DNA of 64,000 nt, from the sequence record PZ445451.1, one strand, 5' to 3'. The notes under the pieces are model-generated. The model had not been told where the DNA came from. It did not search any database and was given only the letters and a program-made list of their open reading frames with translations. Position numbers and translations under genes: made by a program. Below are positions 27,930 through 35,617 of the stretch, one piece after another. Within the stretch, counting starts at the first letter, position 1. Every line of letters begins with the position of its first letter. Source of the DNA: a phage.

Positions 27930-28779
27930 AATAATCCCCTTTAACATTAGATTTGTTGATAATGTTGCTTTCAAAAAATTGACGTAGGAAATCAAAGTTC
28001 TCTTTGTATTTTTCAACGTTATTGTAACCTTCTGCAAGGCAACCAAAGAACAGTTGTTCTACATAATACAAAGGAAGTTGTGAAAGTGCAATTTTAAAAT
28101 CAACTTCGCTTTGACTCATTAGATACTTAATAGGACGAACCAAACATTTAGCATCAGTTTCTTGCTTAATCATTTTAATAAAAGCTGCCAGATTGTTGAT
28201 ATAGTTGAAGTTAAGTGCAGCTTCGGTATTGGCTTCTGTACCTTCATACTTTGCAAAGTACAGGAAAAACGTATCGTTTTCAACACCTTCTTTGTCTAAA
28301 ATTTCAATAAGTTTTTCTTCGTGTGTTCCTGTAATATTAACATCATCAATGAAAATCAGAGTTTTATTACCCCAGAAATCACGATTGATAGAGAAAGTGT
28401 CACCATCGATCAAAGCCTTACGATCTTCTTTGCTAAGAAATCCATAATCATTAATGTAGCTCACTTTACGATGAACGATATCCCACTCCACTGCTTTACC
28501 TCCTTTGATAGAGATTAGGTAGTTGAGGTGATCTACAAAATGTTCAGATAACACTGTAGCTGCATTTTTCACATAGTTATATGGAGATGGAATAACAACA
28601 AAACTTTCATTTACCAGTCGTTCTTCATACTTAGAAAAGAAACTTTCAGCCAGAATGCGCCCCATTCTTTTTGCTGCCTGGTTACTGCCAAACTTTAGCT
28701 TGGAATAATCTGCAATGTTAAATTTTGCTTCCTTCAGGTTAGTAAAAGTATTAGCAAAATGTTGAATTTGATTACGCAT
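27922..28779 (-). CDS. Type I phosphoribosyltransferase-domain protein
   Basis: PRPP-binding signature LIFIDDVNITGTHEE. Confidence 0.6.
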   Translation of the reverse strand: MRNQIQHFANTFTNLKEAKFNIADYSKLKFGSNQAAKRMGRILAESFFSKYEERLVNESFVVIPSPYNYVKNAATVLSEHFVDHLNYLISIKGGKAVEWDIVHRKVSYINDYGFLSKEDRKALIDGDTFSINRDFWGNKTLIFIDDVNITGTHEEKLIEILDKEGVENDTFFLYFAKYEGTEANTEAALNFNYINNLAAFIKMIKQETDAKCLVRPIKYLMSQSEVDFKIALSQLPLYYVEQLFFGCLAEGYNNVEKYKENFDFLRQFFESNIINKSNVKGDYYV

Positions 28780-29428
28780 TAATAAGTTCCTCTTTTTTAA
28801 GTTTAGCCAACAAGTCTTCTGGATTAATAATATGACAGAACTTCATCCCTATGTCAACAGCTTTTCCATCATAGATCAAACTATCTCCAACGTGTAAGAT
28901 CTCCTCTGGTGCGAGATCAAACGTTACCATTTCATCAAAAGAGAGTTTAAAAAACCTGGGATCTGGTTTACACAAGCAAAACTCATCAGAAAAATGCATA
29001 AAGTCAAATGGTAATTTTGTCAAGCCAGAATATACAGCTAAGAAACTACCAGGTACAAAATTGGTATTGCTTTTAATACTCAAAGAATAGGTTGAACTTA
29101 GCTCTTCCAACTTCTTGCAAAGTTCAGGGTTTAATGTTGGAGGATGTTTTATAAACATTGCTAAACAGTCTCTTTTTAACCCATCCACCTTATCAAGATC
29201 AATGTTCAAATGAGCAGAAAGTGTTTCCCAAGCATTTCTAGATGTTCCACAAATGCCTTTTTCTGCTTTTAAATCCAAGAGAGTTTTTACCTCTTTATAT
29301 ACGGTAGCTGCTTCTACCTCAGAACAAGAGGCATACTCGGCAATAACCTTGTTGCGTTCTTCTGCATACAAAGGATTAGCAGTAATAAGAGTATTCCATA
29401 CATCAAAAGAAATATGCTTAACAGTCAT
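28772..29428 (-). CDS. HAD-superfamily hydrolase (phosphatase-like)
   Basis: N-terminal ISFDVWNTLI motif I-like block and C-terminal HVGDSLIYDGK motif IV-like block; overlaps PRTase start by 8 nt. Confidence 0.55.
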   Translation of the reverse strand: MTVKHISFDVWNTLITANPLYAEERNKVIAEYASCSEVEAATVYKEVKTLLDLKAEKGICGTSRNAWETLSAHLNIDLDKVDGLKRDCLAMFIKHPPTLNPELCKKLEELSSTYSLSIKSNTNFVPGSFLAVYSGLTKLPFDFMHFSDEFCLCKPDPRFFKLSFDEMVTFDLAPEEILHVGDSLIYDGKAVDIGMKFCHIINPEDLLAKLKKEELINA

Positions 29429-29429
29429 T

Positions 29430-29585
29430 TTAATCCTCCGTCCAAAAGAATATCATCTGCTTAATTTTATTAATCTCTTGATGTAGTAACTTTCCAGCAT
29501 GTGATTGATCTTTAATATTGACAGCAAGAATTTCAAGCTCCGTCAGTTTTTCTTGGATAGCTTTATATTCATCATCTGTAAGCAT
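29430..29585 (-). CDS. Small coiled-coil ORF (51 aa), not in ORF track
   Basis: ATG after AAGGGGAAG; stop overlaps the RBS of the HAD gene. Confidence 0.3.
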   Translation of the reverse strand: MLTDDEYKAIQEKLTELEILAVNIKDQSHAGKLLHQEINKIKQMIFFWTED

Positions 29586-29596
29586 TTTCTTCCCCT

Positions 29597-29800
29597 TTAG
29601 AATGGTAATCTTTGTATATCACTTATCCCCACACCAAGAAGTCTAGCAATATCCTTATCTAAAAGCAACTCTTTTTGTTCTAAAATGTTAATCAGATCTC
29701 CTAATACTTCTTTAATGTCACGATCATTTTTAGCAACGTGACCACCTGCTGTATCAACTTTATCTTTAAAAACAAAATAATGATCCATAATACCCTCCAT
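29597..29800 (-). CDS. Hypothetical small protein
   Basis: 67 aa ORF directly after terminator hairpin. Confidence 0.4.
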   Translation of the reverse strand: MEGIMDHYFVFKDKVDTAGGHVAKNDRDIKEVLGDLINILEQKELLLDKDIARLLGVGISDIQRLPF

Positions 29801-29807
29801 ATAAATA

Positions 29808-29827
29808 AAGGAGGCTTTCGCCTCCTT
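29808..29827 (-). terminator. Hairpin AAGGAGGC-TTTC-GCCTCCTT after ATPase gene
   Basis: 8 bp stem followed by T-rich run on minus strand. Confidence 0.55.
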
Positions 29828-29834
29828 TTATCAC

Positions 29835-30995
29835 TTAGTAAGAACGACCACCAAACACATACTCTGTGTAGTTTTTACGTTCTTTGTTTTTAATAACAAC
29901 TTCAATGTTGTTACCTTTATCATCGGTGAACATAAAGTGATAACCGTCACCACCCATTGTACGAATGTGTTTTTCATCATACGTTAGCAAGATACGGTCT
30001 ACACCCCAGTAGTAGTCACCTTCTTCATCTTTATCTTCTACGGTAACAATCCCTTCCATTTCAGGAAGATGCTCTTCACCTAGTTTATGGTCTACAGCTA
30101 CAACATAACGATTACCGCTAAACAAACCTTGTGCTGTCATACCGTCAATATCGGTATCTGACGAAACATCTCCTGTACGATCTACACCGTTAACTTTCAG
30201 AAGTTTAACCTCTTTTGCAGCATAGCGGTGTTCAGTAATACTGATACCCATCAATGCAAGTGCATCAGAGAATTTGTCATTAGGGTAACGGTTAAGTTCT
30301 TCTACTAATGACTGAACAATATCAAAGTTCAAATCCACGGAGAGATTATAAAGCGTTTCAAAATCTGGTAAGAAGGCTTTGTTCTCCAGATTTTTAGCCA
30401 GATAATCATCCATAGTAGCTTTAGGTAGTTTCTTATAGCTAAAACTGTAGAAAATACGGCTAGGACGATTACGCAAAAATTCTGATACATAACCATCATT
30501 TTTAGTCAATACAAACAGTTTGTCGTAGCCACCAACACCATCCAGCAGGGTAAGCAAACCATCTTGTGCATCTTTTTCAGCATACAGTTTATCAAATTCA
30601 TCGATCATAATCATCACAGGTTGTGTGATTTTAGACATAAAATTGATAAAGCCTTCACCATTAAAAGCACTACCGATAGAAATAGTAGGAATACCCATTT
30701 CACGAAGAGCAGAAGACAGCATTTTAGCTTGCAAAGTTTTACCGCTACCTTTCGTACCTTCAAGGAGAACACCTGTGTTTTTACCTTTGCGGCTAAGGAA
30801 CGTTTTGATAATACGTTCTGATTTATCATCAGTATCACCGTATGTTACTGAAGGGACTTCCATATCGTTTTTAGGATACAGGAAGAACTCACCACTTTGA
30901 GTAACACCTACACCAAAAGTTCCTGCTGGAATTTCTTCAATATCTGTACCAGATTTCTGACGCAGAAAGATTTGATTGCCGAATACTGTAAACAT
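29835..30995 (-). CDS. P-loop NTPase (AAA-like), paralog of 46733-47860
   Basis: Walker A GTKGSGKT, Walker B IMIDEFDK, LLTLLDG and NRPSRIFY blocks shared with the plus-strand paralog. Confidence 0.6.
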   Translation of the reverse strand: MFTVFGNQIFLRQKSGTDIEEIPAGTFGVGVTQSGEFFLYPKNDMEVPSVTYGDTDDKSERIIKTFLSRKGKNTGVLLEGTKGSGKTLQAKMLSSALREMGIPTISIGSAFNGEGFINFMSKITQPVMIMIDEFDKLYAEKDAQDGLLTLLDGVGGYDKLFVLTKNDGYVSEFLRNRPSRIFYSFSYKKLPKATMDDYLAKNLENKAFLPDFETLYNLSVDLNFDIVQSLVEELNRYPNDKFSDALALMGISITEHRYAAKEVKLLKVNGVDRTGDVSSDTDIDGMTAQGLFSGNRYVVAVDHKLGEEHLPEMEGIVTVEDKDEEGDYYWGVDRILLTYDEKHIRTMGGDGYHFMFTDDKGNNIEVVIKNKERKNYTEYVFGGRSY

Positions 30996-31015
30996 AGTTT
31001 TCTCCTCTATTTAAT

Positions 31016-31486
31016 TTAGTCAGATTCCCAAATGTTGTCTTTCTTAACCCACATTCGTTGATTATCTGAACCTCTATAACGTTTCGTTGTTGGTTGATTC
31101 ATATCATACTTACCATCTATCACTATGTCAACCAGTTTTTTAATTTTCTCTGGAATTTCTTCAAAAAGATATCCTGTATATAAGACAATATCTTTTTTGT
31201 TTCCAAAACAATCTCTTACCTTCTCAAGAACATACTCTACAGTGTCAATGTTCTCTTTGTCAAGAGGTTCACCACCTAAAACTGTTAATCCTTTAATGAA
31301 AGGTCGAGATAAATCTTCCAAGATAAGATCTAATGTTTCAGCAGTGAACTCTTGTCCGTAGTTATACGACCAGGCTTTCTGGTTAAAGCAGCCACGGCAA
31401 CCGTGGCTACAACCGCTCACCCACAAAGAGCATCTTACACCGTCACCGTTGAGCATGTCAACAGGTTCATATCCGGCGTAATTCAA
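31016..31486 (-). CDS. nrdG: Anaerobic ribonucleotide reductase activating protein (radical SAM)
   Basis: CSHGCRGCFN radical-SAM cluster motif near N-terminus; ATGA overlap with nrdD stop. Confidence 0.85.
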   Translation of the reverse strand: MNYAGYEPVDMLNGDGVRCSLWVSGCSHGCRGCFNQKAWSYNYGQEFTAETLDLILEDLSRPFIKGLTVLGGEPLDKENIDTVEYVLEKVRDCFGNKKDIVLYTGYLFEEIPEKIKKLVDIVIDGKYDMNQPTTKRYRGSDNQRMWVKKDNIWESD

Positions 31487-33282
31487 AAGTGTTTCTCCCT
31501 TTCTAGTACCTCTTGCATTTTACCTTTATTATAAGGGCGAGAGTTAGGAGCAGAAAGGTATCCTGACACTCTTCTGATCACAGATATGGATTCTTCTTCA
31601 TGATTTCCACAACTTGGACACTCGAAGCCTTTAGCTGTTGCCTTAAATTCACCATGAAAACCACATTTGAAACACTGATCTACAGGTTGGTTCACGCCAA
31701 AATAAGGAATTTTGTTGTAGGCATAATCTACAAGAGTTTCCAGTGCTTGCAAGTTATTTTTAAGGTTTGGTGTTTCTACATAACCTATGTTCCCACCATT
31801 ACTAATTTGTGCAAAACCTTCCTCATAATCCCATTTTTGGAACGGGGTAGTGTGCATCCATACAGGTTGATGGAAAGAGTTTGTCAAGTAGTCACGATCA
31901 ATAGAACCAGGATAGCGATCATTTAATGCTTTGGCAAATTTATAGCACAAGGATTCTGCTGGTGTTCCATACAAACTAAAAGCTAAACCAGAACGTTCTT
32001 TAAATGTGCAACAGATATCCTTCATATATTGAAGGATGTTTTTACCCATTGCTTTTGGATTGGTGTTATTTGGGTATAAAATCTCCATAGCTTCTGCTAA
32101 ACCTACATAACCGATACTAATAGAGGCATAACCACCTTCAAATAGTTTACCAATCTCTTCATTAGCTTCTAGTCGAGCTAAAGCCCCTTCCATAAACAAT
32201 GTAGGGTTTTGAGATGCTTTGGTATGTCTAATACGGTTAACACGTAGCATATGTGCCTTATACGCCATCTCCATATGTTGTTCCAGCAGTTCAGTAAATA
32301 AGATGCCCTTTTCACGGGATTCTGCTGCAATGATAGGTAAGTTTAAAGAAACTACGCCTAAATTGAAACGACCATCATATTTTTCACCTTGCTCTGTTGC
32401 ATAGTATGACAAGAAACTACGGCAACCCATGCTTGTGACGCGACCATCTGAAGATCCTGTAACTTCTTTGTTTAAAGGTACAGAGATAAAATCAGGATAA
32501 ATGCGTTCAGCACAACACTCCATTGCCAGTTGCTTCAGATCATAGTTTGGATCGCCAGCTTTCATGTTAACACCATCTTCCAAGAAGAAGATAACTTTAG
32601 GAAACACAGGAGTTACCCTATCTTTTCCTAATCCTTGTTTGTGCACCATTAGGTAGTTTTTAGTGATCATTCTACCAAAAGCAGAGGTATCCAAACCTAA
32701 ACTAATTGTTATAAAAGGTGACTGACCATTTACACTCATTAGGGTGTTCACCTGGTAGATTAAAGTTTGCATTGCATCATAGACCTGTTTATCTACCATA
32801 CGCATAGCAATATCATAATCGCCAACATCGGCATATATTTTATTAAAACTTGCTTTAACGTATTGACTAAGCCCAGTATCAATATGTGCACAAGTTTGTC
32901 CACCATATTGGCTAGAAGCTACTGCTTGAATAATTTGAGTTAGGACAGTAGTCGCTACACCGATAGACTTTGGTTTTTCAATATGTGCATTACCAATACG
33001 GAAACCGTTCTCAAGCATATCTTGGTAATTTACCAGGCAACAATTAGTTAGAGGTGAGAGTAAATAATCTAAATCGTGAATGTGACCATACCCACTTTTA
33101 TGCCATTCTGCCAGATCTTCCGGTAAAATATGGGTCATTGCCATGTGCTTGCTTAGGATACCTGCTAGTAAGTCTCGGTGAGTATTAACAATCATTGCAG
33201 GTTTGTTTGCATTTTCACGAGTAAATTCTTCGGATGTTTGTTCGAGGAATCCGATTACATCCTCATATAGTTTTTGGGTCAT
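31483..33282 (-). CDS. nrdD: Anaerobic ribonucleoside-triphosphate reductase
   Basis: C-terminal zinc ribbon CFKCGFHGEF...CPSCGN and glycyl-radical motif RRVSGY; start set at ATG 5 nt after GGAGG instead of track start inside hairpin. Confidence 0.9.
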   Translation of the reverse strand: MTQKLYEDVIGFLEQTSEEFTRENANKPAMIVNTHRDLLAGILSKHMAMTHILPEDLAEWHKSGYGHIHDLDYLLSPLTNCCLVNYQDMLENGFRIGNAHIEKPKSIGVATTVLTQIIQAVASSQYGGQTCAHIDTGLSQYVKASFNKIYADVGDYDIAMRMVDKQVYDAMQTLIYQVNTLMSVNGQSPFITISLGLDTSAFGRMITKNYLMVHKQGLGKDRVTPVFPKVIFFLEDGVNMKAGDPNYDLKQLAMECCAERIYPDFISVPLNKEVTGSSDGRVTSMGCRSFLSYYATEQGEKYDGRFNLGVVSLNLPIIAAESREKGILFTELLEQHMEMAYKAHMLRVNRIRHTKASQNPTLFMEGALARLEANEEIGKLFEGGYASISIGYVGLAEAMEILYPNNTNPKAMGKNILQYMKDICCTFKERSGLAFSLYGTPAESLCYKFAKALNDRYPGSIDRDYLTNSFHQPVWMHTTPFQKWDYEEGFAQISNGGNIGYVETPNLKNNLQALETLVDYAYNKIPYFGVNQPVDQCFKCGFHGEFKATAKGFECPSCGNHEEESISVIRRVSGYLSAPNSRPYNKGKMQEVLEREKHF

Positions 33283-33301
33283 TAATCCTCCGTGGAAAAT
33301 A

Positions 33302-33324
33302 AAAGCCAGCATTAAGCTGGCTTT
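33302..33324 (-). terminator. Hairpin AAAGCCAGC-ATTAA-GCTGGCTTT upstream of nrdD
   Basis: 9 bp stem followed by TTATTTTCC on minus strand. Confidence 0.55.
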
Positions 33325-33371
33325 AGGGTGGATCTTTATTTTAAATCTTTTTCGTAAGATTGTCCTTGATC

Positions 33372-34322
33372 TTAGTCAAGGTTTTTGGTAATACGTGTAC
33401 AACCATCAGAAGTCAAACCGTCAACTTGAGTTTCCCAAGTGCCATGAATATTTCGGAACAATGTTGTTACACCTTTTGGTTCATTAATAATGATTGCCAT
33501 AACAAGTTTAGGATCGATAACAGACATAATCTTTTCCTCAATACCCTCTGTAATAACATTATTACGCACAATATTAATTACATCTTCTTGTACAGAAAGG
33601 GTACTTACGTTCTTAAGAGTATATACCTGCTGCGTAGTGTAAATGATACGAACATAACTTACAGAACGAGTAGGCACAGGTTTACGCGGTCGGCGAAAAC
33701 GTGGTTTTGGTGAAGATTCAGTCTTACTTTCATTTTTTGAATAATACTCCTCAAACAGTTTAGTAAATGTTTTTACATCAACTACAAACCGATCTTTCCT
33801 ATATGGAGAATTCTTATGTGCACCATTAATACCACTGTTTTCATCGAAGAAAGTAATGTTTTCTTCAGTTGAATACATTAGATAATGATCTGCATTTTTC
33901 CAATGTGGTTGTGGACAATGAGGATTACAAACGGAAAGCAAGTAATTAATATTTTCTTCCGTGGCCTCAGTATCAAGGAAACACGTATTATGCACAGTCA
34001 GTTGTACTTTTTCAGCCATATCTTTTTCTTTATCCTCTTTAGCAAGATATTCAGTACGAATAATCTCCAGAAAACCTTCAGGTGTTACTTCCATAAATTT
34101 ATATTCAGGATGAAGCTCCATATATTCAAATCCACAACCATCTAATTGCTGTAGAAAGTTAGGGTAGAAGAACAAATCATTAACACTGTGAATCAGATCA
34201 TTGATTTCTGCTTCAGTTGTGTAACCAAAACTCTTGTGAATTGCTTCGTTAAGAATATGCAGGATACCCATCTCTTCTGCTGCTTTTTTAACTTCCAGTT
34301 TATTAGCGTAAAATGCAATCAT
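33372..34322 (-). CDS. Hypothetical protein
   Basis: 316 aa ORF; no recognisable motif. Confidence 0.5.
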   Translation of the reverse strand: MIAFYANKLEVKKAAEEMGILHILNEAIHKSFGYTTEAEINDLIHSVNDLFFYPNFLQQLDGCGFEYMELHPEYKFMEVTPEGFLEIIRTEYLAKEDKEKDMAEKVQLTVHNTCFLDTEATEENINYLLSVCNPHCPQPHWKNADHYLMYSTEENITFFDENSGINGAHKNSPYRKDRFVVDVKTFTKLFEEYYSKNESKTESSPKPRFRRPRKPVPTRSVSYVRIIYTTQQVYTLKNVSTLSVQEDVINIVRNNVITEGIEEKIMSVIDPKLVMAIIINEPKGVTTLFRNIHGTWETQVDGLTSDGCTRITKNLD

Positions 34323-34339
34323 TATGTTCTCCTTCTAAA

Positions 34340-34774
34340 TTAGTTTAAAATTTCTTTTGCAATGGTAGAAGCAAGTTTTCCATCATATTGATTCGGATAC
34401 TCTGCTTTAAGGTGTTTCATCATATCTGGCATTTTCTTGCCTGTCAAGGCAAATTCTTCAGCAATAGCTCGAAGATCATCTTCAGATAGCATTTCTGGTA
34501 AATATTTTTCCAGAATGGTGATATCACGCATAGCTCGCTCACATTTGCTAATGGAGGCATTAACTTTCTTAAGCGAGTCTAGTTCCTCTTTAGCGTGTGC
34601 AATACCAATCTTAACAATGTTAATCATAATATCATCTTCTGATTTATTCAGATTTGCCTTTTGAGTACGAGCAAGGTCAAACTCACCAATAATATTAGTT
34701 AACAAAGCAAAAGCACCCTTATCGGTTGTACGTGCTAAGATACGATCTGCTTTCATTTGTGTCACAATAGACAT
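34340..34774 (-). CDS. GatB/YqeY-domain protein
   Basis: ILEKYLPEMLSEDDLRAIAEEFALTGKK...GKLASTIAKEIL matches the C-terminal signature of YqeY/GatB-type domains. Confidence 0.55.
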   Translation of the reverse strand: MSIVTQMKADRILARTTDKGAFALLTNIIGEFDLARTQKANLNKSEDDIMINIVKIGIAHAKEELDSLKKVNASISKCERAMRDITILEKYLPEMLSEDDLRAIAEEFALTGKKMPDMMKHLKAEYPNQYDGKLASTIAKEILN

Positions 34775-34786
34775 TCTATTCTCCTC

Positions 34787-35359
34787 TTATTTGCTAATGC
34801 TTTGAATCTTATTTACAACACGGTTTATTGCCAGTGAAGCCCTAGGCTCCGCAATACCTGTTGCATAGATATAAGGATGACCTTTTGGAGACTCCCTCAT
34901 ACCGAATGAACCTAATTCTAAACCATATTCATCCTCTACGTCAACCCCAATATTAGTGGGTACTAAATATGTTTTAACTCCATAATAAGTAGAGAAGAAA
35001 CAGCGCATAGCGTTAGCATACTCTTCAATTGTAGCATCAGGGTAGAACTCAATCAACTCCAATTTCAAGAAAATATTAAAATGGGTATCATCTAAATTTT
35101 CTTCTGTGCGGTAACATGGTGTTAGTGCCATATACGGATTACCTACTGCAAATTCAAAACCATCCTTCTCCATTTGCAGGAAAGATTGTTCTGCACTAGC
35201 TACATAGTATTTACCGTTAGGATGCCCTAATGGGCGATCCTCTTTATTTTCTGGTAGTGTATACGCCAGTATATCAGCATCCACGAGATATGGAACTTCT
35301 AACATTTGTGCAAATCGACCATAGTAATCAATAGCTTGAGCTATTACTGCAACATTCAT
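34787..35359 (-). CDS. Minimal class II aminoacyl-tRNA-synthetase-like catalytic core (class IIb-like)
   Basis: CYRTEENLDDTHFNIFLKLE resembles class IIb motif 2 (FRNEG...HNPEFTMLE); GIAEPRASLAI resembles motif 3; only 190 aa, no anticodon-binding domain. Confidence 0.45.
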   Translation of the reverse strand: MNVAVIAQAIDYYGRFAQMLEVPYLVDADILAYTLPENKEDRPLGHPNGKYYVASAEQSFLQMEKDGFEFAVGNPYMALTPCYRTEENLDDTHFNIFLKLELIEFYPDATIEEYANAMRCFFSTYYGVKTYLVPTNIGVDVEDEYGLELGSFGMRESPKGHPYIYATGIAEPRASLAINRVVNKIQSISK

Positions 35360-35607
35360 GATCGACCTCCATTGCGGAATGCACGTTTAGTAATGTTTGA
35401 CATAGTGATCAAATCTTGAAGCGTCATACCAGGAAAATGCTGTTCAAGAACACCTTCAACAGCGCCTACAATATCTGATAACTCAATAAGTTGCATCAGC
35501 TTGCAATCTTGATCAATAGCATCTTGAAGTTCATAAAGCTCTTCTTGAATCTTAGCAACAGAACCATATTCCTCTTTGCTAATCTCCTTCAAATGATACC
35601 CTGCCAC
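35356..35607 (-). CDS. Small all-alpha protein, possibly MazG-like NTP pyrophosphohydrolase
   Basis: EExxExxDAI...ELSDIVGAVEG acidic helix pattern; weak. Confidence 0.3.
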   Translation of the reverse strand: MAGYHLKEISKEEYGSVAKIQEELYELQDAIDQDCKLMQLIELSDIVGAVEGVLEQHFPGMTLQDLITMSNITKRAFRNGGRS

Positions 35608-35617
35608 TTTAACCCCC

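Noticed and set aside
27922-28779. PRTase plus macro-like genes as the known phage NAD-reconstitution pathway
   Set aside because: That pathway, as I recall it, uses a PRPP-synthetase-like kinase and a nicotinamide phosphoribosyltransferase-like enzyme; no NAMPT-sized gene is present and the PRTase lacks obvious PRPP-synthetase N-terminal motifs, so the Ter-linked metabolite model was preferred.
31600-31926. Plus-strand 108 aa ORF inside nrdD, and similar antisense ORFs inside DNA polymerase, primase-helicase and the UvrD-like helicase
   Set aside because: Antisense to genes with clear conserved motifs; no RBS; judged spurious.
33282-33312. Track start codon of nrdD at 33312
   Set aside because: That ATG lies inside the upstream terminator hairpin and has no RBS; the ATG at 33282 follows GGAGG at ideal spacing.
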